From the human T2T-CHM13v2.0 reference genome, Homo sapiens: a stretch of DNA of 64,000 nucleotides. This document shows positions 19,263-32,355 of the stretch, piece after piece; the stretch's first letter is position 1; each line of letters begins with the position of its first letter. The stretch is taken from assembly GCF_009914755.1 (NCBI RefSeq), contig NC_060947.1. One strand, given 5' to 3'. A program made the translations under genes and the position numbers. Under the pieces are notes generated by a model that saw nothing but the letters and a program-made list of their open reading frames with translations, did not search any database and was not told where the DNA came from.

Positions 19263-20416
19263 AAACAGCAAATCAGGTTGATGGCTATCGTTGTGTGTGT
19301 CCTAGCTGGGATGGCCCATATTTAAAAGTCCCCCACTGAACAACGTAGTGCTTGTGGGTCGTTAATTATAATGTTGAAGTGTTTTTGCACAACTAAAACA
19401 GAGCTTGCCATGTGTCATGCCCAAGTTAACAATCACTTTACTATTGCCTTTCAGACTGTGGCTTAGGCCTAGATTGCAAGGCAGATGAGTGGTCACACTC
19501 TCTCTCTCTCTCCTTATTTTTTATTACTCCAATAATGAACAGTCTTCTCCTGTTTTCCCACACCATGCTCATTCATATCCCTGTGATCAAGTTTACTTAG
19601 TTCCCTCTCTCTTTCACCCATTCAACTTCTATACTTCTTTCAAGTTCCAAATCAATAATTCATAAACATAATTTGTTCATCAGTTAATAAATCAGGGCCC
19701 AAAGAAAAGAAAATATGCTCTTGGATCTCTTGAGCCTTTGAGAGTGAATTATAGACCAGGTGTCCTTCCCTTTTTTGGCAACAAAGTCATTAAATTACTT
19801 GTCTGAGTCAAATTTTCTAATAAATATTTACTGAGTGCCTACTCTGCATCAGGTTTTGTGTTAGATGCAAGAAGAATTAACACAGTCTCCCTGCCTTCAA
19901 AGAACTGGTAGTCTAGTGGATGATAAACAAGTAATTTCACACAATGTAAAAAGAATATATGGTGCATAGGGACACAGAGGAGAGACATCTAAATCTAGTC
20001 CACTGTAATAGAGGAGGAACTATTGTGAAAAGACCTGGAGGAGGACACCCAAGCAGAGTTTTAAAGGATGAGTAGTAGCCAAATGAAGAGGAGGGTGGGA
20101 ATTTCCAGAAGAAGCAATAGCATGAGCAAAGGCACTGAGGTGAGAAACATTATGTCTGTGACATACACACTAAACGTTTGAGACAATGAATGGGAAGAGA
20201 TGATACTAAAAAGGCAGGCAGGAGTCAGGTCATGAAAAGCAAAGCATGGTAATGGGAATAATCCTACCCCCCCCCACCCCGAAACAGAAGTATATTATCT
20301 AAAATCGATCTCACATTTTATGTGTTAAATGCTCCAACTCTCAAAGGTGATAGAAACTTTACTGCATAACAGGCAGGGAAAATTGGCCCCCCTGTATAAC
20401 AGATACCCTTGCCTTG

Positions 20417-20791
20417 TGATATGTTTGGGCTTTGTGTCCCCACCCAAATTTTATCTTAAATTGTAGTTCCCATGATCCCCACGTGTGATGGAAGGGACCC
20501 AGTGGTATGTCATTGAAACATGGGGTGGTTACCCCCATGCTGTTCTCGTGATAGTGAGTAAATTCTCACAAGATCTGATGGTTATATAAGGGACTTTTCT
20601 CCCTTTGCTTGGCACTTCTTTCTCCTGCTGCCATGTGAATAAGGACGTGTTTGCTTTCCCTTCCACCATGATTGTAAGTTTCCCAAGGCCTCCCCAGCCA
20701 CGTGGAACTGTTAATCAATTAAACCTCTTTCCTTTATAAATTACCTAGTCTCGAGCAATTCTTCATAGCAGCATGAGAACGAACTAATACA
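20417..20791 (+). mobile_element. THE1D-like MaLR solo LTR
   Basis: tgatatg...actaataca termini, 375 bp. Perfect 5-bp TSD ccttg (20412-20416, 20792-20796). Confidence 0.9.
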
Positions 20792-21739
20792 CCTTGTGAT
20801 TCCCATAATCTCTCTATCCTTAGGATTCCTGTCTTCTTTCTATTTCCTTGGTTACCAATTGTTTGACGTGCCCCAAGGTTGGCTTCTTTCATTTATATGG
20901 GACTTTGATCGTTTAGTAAATGCTATTGGATTTGCTTTTTAGCTCATCCTTTTATAAGGAGGTTTATAAGCCCTTCTTGCTCCTCTCCCTTCTATGTTTA
21001 ATCTTAGCCTTTAGGTCATACCAGTAGTGTACAGTACTAATAGGCACACACTCATGCATTAGCACTCTCCATCCCCCAATTCCCCATTGATACATGCACA
21101 TGTGCACACACACACACATGCACATCAGCCTTTGTTATGTTCAAGACAAAGTTAAATAAAACTTATTGATACTTTCCTTACTACCATCCTACATCTTTCA
21201 TGGACTTTTCTCTACCTTACCTGCCAAGATTCCCCAGGGCATATTTCTATTGCAAATGGAAAATTCTTGCAGTCAGTGGAGAACAAAGGAGCTGTACATA
21301 GGGTACAGAATTTGCCTATTTGCTCATTCCTCTGTGTGCATGAATTTGTGCTTTGCTTCATAGAACCACCATCACTATCTGTTACCTGGGCAGACTGAGT
21401 TTAAATCCTTTGAGTTTCCTGATGAAAAGGCATTCCATTGGTAAACAGCATTATAATAATTATTTCCTCCCTGGTCAAGCTGGGATGTTTCCTCATAGTT
21501 TACTTTCTAGGCCTCATCTTTCTTACAGAGTGTGCTCCTTTGTTAAGGTTAGAATTTCCCATAAACCTGCTCAATAATTTGTTTGTGTTTGGCTTCTTTG
21601 AAATACTACACAAAGCAATCCCTGTAAAAGGCAAAGCTGTCCTGAAGGCTGAGAAAGGAGCCTGAGACATAGGCTCCAAGTTGCTCTTTTCAGGCAGAGC
21701 CAGCTGGGTAATCTTATCTCAGATGGCTGCTTTTCAAGG

Positions 21740-22240
21740 TGCCCAATTCAGGGGCTTTTCCTCTGGGAGCAGCATTTGCCCCAGGGAATCAAGTGCTTTC
21801 TAGTCAGGGGCAAAACTTTGGGAAATCTGAGGACCCAGGGTGGTATGGTCTGTTCAGGAGAATTTTGGGGAACAGAATGGCCCCCTTCTCCCTCCAGCAC
21901 TTGTACAGATCAGCACTTGGCCCCAGAACAGAGACCAGACTGAGAGACGAGGTTAGGAGGAAACAGGGGACCCAGGAAAGGCGGCTAGATTGCAAACGTA
22001 CCTACACAGCTCTGAGTCAAAGGCTGTCAGTCATCTCGGCTCAGACTGCTCTGCTCTCCAGCAGCCCAGCCCTTTCCCAGGGCTGGGGCAGGAGATTGCT
22101 ACATGTAGGCTTATCTGGGGAAAAACCAGAGCCTCACTTTAGTCCCTTCCGGTAATTGACACTACTGGACACCCAGGAGGGGGAGGAGAGAGCTTCTCTT
22201 CATAAATGTTCCCACCCCTGGGCAAGGTGGCTCACTCTGG
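21740..22240 (+). promoter_or_regulatory. SLC6A14: SLC6A14 proximal promoter (CpG-poor, TATA-like)
   Basis: CATAAAT at 22201, Inr-like TCACTCT at 22232-22238, AP-1 TGAGTCA 22013-22019, ETS/STAT-like CTTCCGGTAA 22146-22155, NF-kB-like GGGGCTTTTCC 21751-21761. Motif matches only. Confidence 0.65.
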
Positions 22241-22332
22241 CAGGTAGGAACAGGGGAGAGTGCACCTGCTACCAGTCAAGCTCAGCCAGACTGCAAGAGG
22301 AGGCGAGGCGGAGCCAGCCGAGGGAGTGAACC

Positions 22333-22380
22333 ATGGACAAGTTGAAATGCCCGAGTTTCTTCAAGTGCAGGGAGAAGGAG
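22333..22380 (+). CDS. SLC6A14: SLC6A14 coding exon 1 (MDKLKCPSFFKCREKE)
   Basis: Strong Kozak accATGg, donor GAG|gtaggg, 48 nt. Confidence 0.95.
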
Positions 22381-23414
22381 GTAGGGGTCTGGGAGCTGCG
22401 GGAGGTGTGGAGGACCTGAGAGTGGAAAACTTAAGGGGGGTTGCTAGTCTCAGTTTTTGCTTTCTGTGGCTGTTCCTTGTGCTCCACATTTCTGTTCAAC
22501 TATTAGGTGTGACTGAGATATACCTATAGAGTAGAGAAGAAAGAAATGCTCTTACTCTCATAGCTAGAAGACTTAGGGCCACCTCATCCTCTGCCTTGGG
22601 AGTACCCACAAAATCCTGTTCTCTATCCCTCTCCTAACTGTGTCCACATGCTAGAGGAAAGTACAAAAGTACACTGTTCTTAATTGACCCAAAGAACCCT
22701 CCATACCCCAGAGAAGTGAGCAGGTTGGGAGAGAACCCCTGTCCCTTCTCTCCCTCCCAAGTGGAGAGAGAGCTACTTCATCTGGTGAGACAGGAGAATT
22801 TGTCTCTGCATATTATTCTACGGCTTTTAGAAAGGCATTGATTTTAATCTGTAAGACAAAGAAAAGTTAAACTACCCTTAACTTGATACATCCAATACTA
22901 TCAAGCCATAAGAAAAGTTTATAGATTCTCGTTTTTTTTTTTCCAGCAGACACTACATTTGATCCTGCTCAAAGATCTGCTACAATATCAATATTGATGA
23001 CTTTATCTAATTCATCTTTAAGACTTTTGTATTTGAAACCTGATTTGTCTACTTTCATTTTTCCCTCACACCAGTGTGACAAAGACCTTTGTATTTCAAA
23101 CCTAATTTGTCTGCTTTCATTTGTGTCTCACACTGCTGTCACATTTAACGTTTTTACCAAAATTTGAATAATCTTAGCTGATGGAGTAGTAAACATATCT
23201 ACCTACAGAACTTTGCTCATTTTAAGAGGTAAATGTTGTAAAGTAAAAGCAGCTATCAGCAGAAATCTCCCCAACTTTCTAAAGCATTCCCCTCAGCTAT
23301 GGTTTTCAGGGTTTCTTCCCCCCATTTTCTGTTGCTCTATGGATTTGTGAAATTATGCTTCTGTGGAATTTGTAATGGTAGAAAGGCAAGCTGTTGATAT
23401 TTTTTCTTCCCCAG

Positions 23415-23580
23415 AAAGTGTCGGCTTCATCAGAGAATTTCCATGTTGGTGAAAATGATGAGAATCAGGACCGTGGTAACTGGTCCAAAAAATCGGATTA
23501 TCTTCTATCTATGATTGGATACGCAGTGGGATTAGGAAATGTGTGGAGATTTCCATATCTGACCTACAGCAATGGTGGAG
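23415..23580 (+). CDS. SLC6A14: SLC6A14 exon 2 (TM1)
   Basis: SLC6 signature [15 protein letters not shown]. ccccag| acceptor, G|gtattc donor, 166 nt. Confidence 0.97.
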
Positions 23581-26500
23581 GTATTCTATTTCACCCCCAC
23601 CCTCCCACCCCCGCTTTTCCCTCCAGTTTTAAGTGTGGTTCTGTATGGCTTCTGAGAATATTTTACGAGTTGAAGGAAGGCATATGACAGTTGACAGTTT
23701 GGGTTAGTGGGAGAATGAGAAACAAGCATATTGAATTTATTATTAGTCTGAGCTACCAGCTCAAGTTAGAAACCTAGTTTCACAAAATCCTCAGGTATAA
23801 ACTTGATAAAAAGCTTTATTTTTAGCACTTCTAAGCTTCTGATTTGAGATCTCACATAATCTTCAACTATGACATACTTTTCCTAATTTATGCATGTTTC
23901 TGTGATAATCTGTTCAAACTCAAGTTGTGCTTTGCTTAATTTATAGCTGAATCAGAAATAAACAGAAAAATAAGTTCTATTAAGAAGCTCAAATAAATTA
24001 TTTGCTTAACTAAAATAATGCATTACATTTTGGTGATTTAAGTGTTGAAAGAGATGATTAAAAAGTAATTAAAGGTTTAGTATTTTAAGTTGCAATATTG
24101 AGTTACATGTATTCCAAATTGGACTGACTATGTAGAAGATCCTTCTAAAATGAAATAATTTAGTTCAAGGATTGTTGTTTTATTCCTGCAAAAAAACACT
24201 GTTTATACCTTGTAGATCATTAGGGTAGACTCAATTAGAAAAAGGAGAGAAAAATCACTTTGAGGTGACACACAAAGGGAAACAAAATGAATTGCACAAT
24301 TCTCTAGTAATGTCCAAACAACTTTTCACTTACACCATATTTTATTTACTCGTAATTACAGGTTCTATTAGAAGTATAGAGGTGACATGCCCCTATATTT
24401 CATAACTGGGTACCAGTGAGACTGTGCCACTATAATTATTTTTCTTAGTATAATAGGATTTTGTGTGGTGATATTTCAATCATATTTCTTATTAATTGGT
24501 TACATTAAAATATTCACAGTGGTCTTCAGAGACTTAAGAAAGAAGCTCTGTTTATTAAACCGTTTAAGTGTCAGTAGCATGAATTCCCCTATCTAGAAGC
24601 TGGGTCATTTAGTTGTCTTGGTATCGAATATTAGCTGGAAAATGCATCAGAAATCACAGTTTTATTTCCGTCTCTGTCCTAAGGTCCAGTGTGGTAAAGA
24701 GAAGCATTCTGGATCATTTTGAGCCTCTTGTAACTCATGTTTAGAAAAAGAAATTCCCTGTGCCTTGACATCATACATAGGCCCAGTAATTGCCACAAAT
24801 TTCTAGGAACTATATTAAACTAGTTTTAATAGAAACTTTTAAAATATAGCCAAAACAAAAATAATAATATTAATTGTATGCTATTATCTTTTTCACCATT
24901 TCCTCTAAAATTTAATATGCCGTATTGGCTTTCAATTTTTTATAAAAACATCATTTGGGTAATAGATGATCTAGGCACTCTCAATCCTTCTTTCATCCAA
25001 GAGTAGAAGAGGAAAATGAAATTAAAATTTGTTAAATGCGAATTAGGTTTAAAAATATGGTCAGGTTTGAAAAGTTGTTTCTAAAATCTGGAAATATTTT
25101 TATCTGTATATTCTTTTTAACAGTTTATTAAAGAGAAGTGTCATACCACCTTAAGGTCTAGGTCTGCAGTATTGACAATTTGTGGCTATATTAACTATAT
25201 TAACAATTTATCATCTATGGATAGTATTAATAATAAAATAATATAATAGGTGAAAAGTCAGGTATAACACTGAAGAAAATAATCTTTTTTAACAAAAAAT
25301 ACCTGTTCACACTCGGCTGGTAAAGCTTGTTTATTGTTGTAGTTAAACAGTTGTATTTTTTTTTTCGTATTTGTCATTCATAGGACTTAAACTTCTACTA
25401 GTCATAGTAAAGATGGTATGTACATTGCAACATCTATACAAACATATTTTTCCCTATGGTCTAGTGACTTCCAGGGTTAGTATTAAAGTAAGTCACTTAC
25501 CTATGAATAAATAACAAGTTCTTTATAGACTCATTTTTAGTAGAATGTATTTTGAGAGTTGAAAAAAATGTTATTCCTAGGTATGATGTTACAGTATCAT
25601 AATATGAAAAATACTTGAGGCAAAACTGTAACATGAGTAAATTAAACGTATACAATCTGAAAACCCATTTTTATCCACTGATCCCCACATTCTTTATTAA
25701 ACTTTGCCAATTCTTCTGGAATGTTTTATTAATAAGTTTAATATTCTGCCCTTGCTTCAACGTATAATTTGGCAAAACTTCTAATGAAAAATACTATGCC
25801 CCAAAAGTGGAAAGAAAAAAAAAGGAAAATGATAAAAGGTTAAAAGGATGGGGGAGGTGAATTGTCTAGTGTGGGAGAATTATTCCTTGTGAAATTGAAA
25901 GTTAACTACAAGTATTTCTCAAAAGTTCAGAGTCTTCAAACAAAACCAATACATTTTGTATTAACATTGAGTGAAGAACCTTGTGACTCTTTGGAGAATA
26001 ATAAACTTAATTGCAATAGCTTACACTGTGAGCCACATTAGCATTTTAACTCCAAGTCTTAAAAATAGACCATTTATTTTTAAAGGAGAAAGAAAGATAA
26101 CCAATGTTGAACATGGGCTATGTGCCTGGCATTTTGGCAAGTGTTTTCACATAGGCCCTGTATTTGAACCCTTATGACAAACTGAGTTGGCATTGTTCTC
26201 CCCTTTTATAAGGAATCCAAGATTCAGATGTTAGGCAAATTGCTGGAGGTCACATAACTGGTAAATGGTCTAGCCAGGATTTCAACCTAGGTTTACCTGG
26301 CTCCAATGCCTGGGATCGCTCAATTCCTCTGGCTTACTTTCTATACTCTACCATTTTTAATAATCACAACAGCCTCATTAGGTAATACTAGCATCCCCAT
26401 TTCATAGATGAGAAATCCAAGGTTTAAAGAATCAACTACTTATTCATAGAAAGCAGTGAACTTTAGGCCCAAACCCAGCGCTCTTTGATTCCAATATATC

Positions 26501-26590
26501 AGGATGCTTTTAAAGTGTTATGCTGGTTGTCAAAGTGCCATCAAGACTTCGAGCTGTAATAGTGCTTTGGTTCTTTCTCACCTTTTTTAG

Positions 26591-26722
26591 GCGCCTTCTT
26601 GATACCTTATGCAATTATGTTAGCATTGGCTGGTTTACCTTTGTTCTTTCTGGAGTGTTCACTGGGACAATTTGCTAGCTTAGGTCCAGTTTCAGTTTGG
26701 AGGATTCTTCCATTGTTTCAAG
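26591..26722 (+). CDS. SLC6A14: SLC6A14 exon 3
   Basis: AFLIPY...[14 protein letters not shown]. ttttag| ... AAG|gttggt, 132 nt. Confidence 0.96.
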
Positions 26723-27899
26723 GTTGGTATTAAAGCGTTTTCTTGGTATTAAAGCATTTTCTTCACCATGCTTTTTTGTATATTTGTGCATATAGCTACC
26801 TTCACTGTGAGGAACAAAAAATTGCTTAAAATTCTGACAATTTAAAGCAAAGAAAACATGCATTATTGTTGTTTTGCTGTACAGTTCGCCACTGCAGAAT
26901 TTAAAAAATCAAATGTTTTTATTTCTGTTTATCATGGGCTGCAGAAATGGGAAGGATTAGAAAGCACGCTAAAGATGGTTAGAAGGGTGTCATTATTTTC
27001 CTATTTTCACCCTGTGAATTCTTTTGGCACATAGTCTCATGCTCTAATTTAAAGGCCCTAACTTTTTTCTACTTCATATGTAGTTTTTGTCTTACTGCCT
27101 TTGCATATCTTTTACAATGCCTCATTCAGAAAAGCTGAAGGGTAGGCCACCATTTTTTTTCTTGGATGCTCTTAATAGAATAGGACACTGGTAAAGCTTA
27201 AAAATGCCTTGTTATTAAACATCAAACTACCTCTTTTGACTGAAGATTAAATATCATTTTGGTATGTGCTAGCTGCTGAAAATTATTTGTTTTCAATGCA
27301 ACATCAAAAATAAATTCATAGTGAGGTGAATAGAATATTGTTCTGGAAGAGTGGAGAAACTACCTTAAAAGCTAGTTTTGAGCATTGGAGTTATATTCAG
27401 CACGCTAAACTGCATTTTGAAACTACCTAGTTAAGGAAACTTTGGATATTTAAATTCAGATTGTTACTGAATTATTTAATTTTCTTTACACATAGTTGTA
27501 GATATATCTACACCATCCCTCCAGGTCATTATTTTAGAGGCTTCATTTTCTACTTCTCAAAATGTTGATTTATAGATGAATATTGTATTGGTCAGTGAGT
27601 AAATAAGATACGAGCTTTGAATTTTTTTTGTCTAAAGAATGTCGACTTTGCATGATCTGACAAGAATTTGCAGGCTTAACAAGAAAAAGTAATAAACATG
27701 GGTTTTTCTTTATGTGAATTTGATGCGCTTACCACAAGTCTTCTGGCCTTGGCCTTAATACCCTTTCTAATCAACTAAGAAACTGCACCAGCAAGCCAAT
27801 CATAAAATTAAATTTAAATTTAGAAGAAAATTACTCAGACAGCATTAGCCCCTACTCTCCCAGAAAGAAAAAGGAAAAAAGTAATTTAAAACAGTCTTT

Positions 27900-28214
<315 letters not shown>

Positions 28215-28311
28215 TAGATTTTGTGGTAATTGAGATACAGCTTTTTTATGAATTAGCAAAGTAAATTTTACTTGAGTTTGGTTTTTATTTTAATTGTTCT
28301 TTTTTTTCCAG

Positions 28312-28473
28312 GTGTGGGAATTACAATGGTCCTGATCTCCATTTTTGTGACAATCTATTACAATGTCATAATTGCCTATAGTCTTTACTACATGTTTGCT
28401 TCTTTTCAAAGTGAACTACCATGGAAAAATTGTTCTTCGTGGTCAGATAAAAACTGTAGCAGATCACCAATAG
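28312..28473 (+). CDS. SLC6A14: SLC6A14 exon 4
   Basis: GVGITMV...IYYNVIIAY...LPWKNC. ttccag| ... TAG|gtaaaa, 162 nt. Confidence 0.96.
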
Positions 28474-29267
28474 GTAAAATTTGTCAACACCCAAATAGTT
28501 CTTTTATATATATTTTTTATAAGCTTGAAGGGTCAAATCATTCTCTAAGCAACTTAGGTACAATTTTAAATGTTCCAAAGGTCACTGGTGAAAGCAGAAG
28601 ATAGCATATATAATCAGAAAAATGATTAATACAATGTATTAATCTCTGAGAGCAGTCAGGAAGGCTAAATCATGCCTAAGAGTACTTCTTCCAGGCCTAA
28701 GTCTTGGGCAGGAGAGGAGAAACTGAGAAAATGATAAAGGGAGAAAAGTGCTATCTAGGATAGTTGTGTGTGTCTCAGGAGACAGTAGGTGTTGTTCATG
28801 TCATATGTTGCTAATCTTTGGGATAACGTACCATCCATGTCATAGACTATTACCATTTTAATTACCTATGTATATCAGAGGATAAATTTATAAATATTTA
28901 ATGCTTCCGAGAAGTTTAAAGGCCTTAATTTGTCTATATACATAGGTTGGATAGGTAAATCCACATACAAAAGTTTGTTAGAGCACTAAACCTCAACTGA
29001 AACAATTGTTACTCTATACCTGTTGTTACTATAAATACAATCACAGCTTAAAAGGGCAGACAGTTTTGTAATCCCTCCTAGTTTAGTAGAAAAGATTTTA
29101 AGATGCTGAATGTACATAGCTTATTCCATCTGTAAGATTTCTACTCCACTTTTTTCAAGTAACAATTTTGATGATAATTTAAATATGTTACCATTAAAAC
29201 ATTTTCTAGGAAAGTAATCTTCTAAAACTAAGTACATGTCTGTGTCTATATTTTTTATCCTCTTTAG

Positions 29268-29415
29268 TAACTCACTGTAATGTGAGTACAGTGAATAAAG
29301 GAATACAAGAGATCATCCAAATGAATAAAAGCTGGGTAGACATCAACAATTTTACCTGCATCAACGGCAGTGAAATTTATCAGCCAGGGCAGCTTCCCAG
29401 TGAACAATATTGGAA
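29268..29415 (+). CDS. SLC6A14: SLC6A14 exon 5 (glycosylated extracellular loop 2)
   Basis: VTHCNVST...PSEQYW. ctttag| ... GAA|gtaagt, 148 nt, phase fits both neighbours. Confidence 0.95.
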
Positions 29416-30542
29416 GTAAGTATACTAGATGATTTACTTTTAAGTAGATGTTATCTTAAAATTTGTACAAAACAACAAAACATTAATCATCTCCTTCCTT
29501 AACTCACATAAATAGAAAAAGGAAAATCAGGACAAATTATATTTCATTTAACTCAAATGTCTACCTATCCCAGGTGATTAGTAGTTACCTGCAAAATTAG
29601 CTCATAGTCAGCAATGTGTCTTTTATAAATTAGTTATTAAATGGGCACAACACTGTAATGATTTATGAGGTGTTTATTAGCTATGATTTAGGAAATTGCT
29701 TTGAAGAAAACACATACAAATTTTAGACTACAATGATCAAGTTGTAATGATAAATAGTTGGGTGATGAGTAATATTGCTATTTAAAAAAGTGTAATTCTT
29801 CAGCAGTTTTGTTTACAATTGTCATTATATGGTAAGAATAGATATGTAGTGTTATATTTACTTTTATTAATTTCAAACGATCTCTCTACTTACTCTATAT
29901 CTATCCATTACTCTTACCTAATATTGTTGACTCTACTGCTAAATGACCTCTTCTTCATCCACTGTTAATGACCTTTGTAACTCTTTTAAACTTTGGATCT
30001 TCAAATGTTCTCAAACTTCAAGCTTAGAAATAAGATCCATGCATGTACCTAGTGAGAATCTTGGAATTTTACAGAAAGTCTGTGGAAAAGGCGTGAATAA
30101 CAGGATCATTTGAGTTTGATGATATCTATAAGTATGGAATGAGGAAATATTTAATATAATTGTAAATGTTTTCCTCATTATTTTAACATGAGAAAATACT
30201 GTAATAGTAAAATAAAATAATCTGACATAAAGTCAATTTATTTACATAAAGGATCTTGAAACAGAGGAAAGTAATAGCTAAAAGAATCAGTAGATCTTTT
30301 ATTCTGTGGTTTGAAACTTTGGATTGGCTGTGGTTAACTGAAGTTCAGAGCCTGGCCATTTAATAAACTATCTGTGCCCTTCGTATTGATAGTATCTATC
30401 AATAAAGGCTCACCGAACTTTGATATATTAATAAGATACAATATTCATGAAGCTTCGACCTGGATAAATGGTATTACAAAACTCAATGTATTTTCTTTAA
30501 GTCAAGTGATTCTGTGATCATAAAATGGCTTATGTGTTTCAG

Positions 30543-30675
30543 TAAAGTGGCGCTCCAACGGTCAAGTGGAATGAATGAGACTGGAGTAATTGTTTGGTAT
30601 TTAGCACTTTGTCTTCTTCTGGCTTGGCTCATAGTTGGAGCAGCACTATTTAAAGGAATCAAATCGTCTGGCAAG
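30543..30675 (+). CDS. SLC6A14: SLC6A14 exon 6
   Basis: KVALQRSSG...KGIKSSGK. tttcag| ... AAG|gtaact, 133 nt. Confidence 0.96.
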
Positions 30676-31081
30676 GTAACTTGAAAAACACATTAGATAG
30701 CGATATAGCAGCTTTCCAATTTCATGGTAGTTCAATATCAAGCATTACCAAAAGCATGTTTTTTTTCTATAATGGGAGCATTCAAATGTGTGAAAAGCTT
30801 TCTAAATAGTGATTTTAAGCTCTAAGTAAATACATAGGATCTCTGTTATTGCTAAATACAAAACAAACAAACAAAATAAAAACTGGTACTAGAGGTGCAC
30901 ATTTCCTAAAAACATGGACCCTTTTAGCTGATAGAGCATTCTGAAGCTTAAGAGTATATTATTAAATTTTCTATCCTACTATATAAAGAAGCATCTTGAA
31001 TGGAATCATACATTGCAATGTATGGTTTGGAAAGTCTAGATCCTTGTTCTATAGAGTAATAGTATCAGGAATCCCCTAGTC

Positions 31082-31082
31082 G

Positions 31083-31118
<36 letters not shown>

Positions 31119-31156
31119 GAAATGTGTGTGTTTGTGTGTATGTGTGTGTGTGTGAG
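31082..31156. repeat. Compound (GA)n-(TG)n microsatellite in intron 6
   Basis: GA run followed by an interrupted TG run. Confidence 0.9.
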
Positions 31157-32355
31157 TGTGTATGTATATATACACACAAACTATATATTCATTCTCTTAA
31201 AGATTGCCAAAATGGACACAGAACTTTTTCTCTCAGTGAAAGGGCCTCTTCTGAAAAACATTCTGTTATATTTTCCCACTTCATTGTTTACTTTTATAAA
31301 CTTGCAGAGAGAATAATGGTAATTTAAGAAAACAACATGAAATTTTCTCTGTGAACAGTTACACAATACCCAGAAAAAATGTCTATGTGTTTTTAACTAG
31401 TCAATGGATATTTCCCTAAAGGTGGAGGACAGGAATAACTGGGGATCTTGTCTTTGTATTCTCAGTACAATATCTAGCATGTTCTGTTAATGTTAAGTTG
31501 TGATGAGACATGCTGTTACATCACAAAAATACTGTGAATATCACAAATCCAGGGAAAACTTTCCAAAATGTTTTAGTTCCACATTTTTTAAACCCTTGGT
31601 TTCCTTTTGATGTTAATATTGAAAGAGTCCATTAAAGGCCATTTACCCAGGCGATTAATTTTTACTGGTCTCTGAATGACTTGTTTAAATCATCTCCTTG
31701 GATGTATTATAAAACATAGGACATCTATGGATCAAAGAAAACATCCATATTCAGGCAAAGCTGGTCTCAAAGGCAATCTGCTCATCTGGAACCATGTGTT
31801 ATCTAGTACAGAAGCAGTGCACTTGTATGTATGCTATCAAACTCTCTTAATGGTAGCTGTAAGGATAACAGTAACAAGTGTCCAGTATTCACTTCAATAT
31901 GCTTTTCTGGGATTTGAACATCTGCTAGGAAATATTTTCCTTTTCTTTGAAGACTGAATATATATTAACCAATGCAGGGTTTAAATCATTTCTCTCCTCA
32001 CCTCAATGCAGTAATTTACTGAGAGAAGACATTCAGTCTCCTCAGACATGTATAAAGATATATTTATCAGAGCAATACATTTAGATCCCAAGTTATCACT
32101 GCTGATGTATTATTTATTTACAGAATAAACCTGGGAAATGCGGATTAACACATCAAATTATTTTTGAAATGGATCATTTGAGAGTAGTGAGGACACAAAT
32201 AAGAAATTATGCTAACTTTGGTATATCATCAGACCCTATGAAATCCCCTGTACTTTATTTAATTAATCTCAACTGGCTAATAATTTTACTTGTATACAGT
32301 TATACACCATGATTTTAAAAATAATTTACTAATTTTTGGTTACTTTTCTTGGTAG

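Noticed and set aside
21739-22155. 138-aa ORF, the longest in the track
   Set aside because: Starts at GTG, overlaps promoter motifs and has no recognisable domain. Explained by locally higher GC.
22260-22529. 89-aa ORF overlapping exon 1 as a possible uORF
   Set aside because: GTG start, out of frame with the CDS, and runs through the donor into the intron. No ATG lies between the predicted TSS and 22333.
30483-30674. Antisense ORFs over exons (also 26675, 40862, 44420)
   Set aside because: Shadow frames opposite real coding exons.
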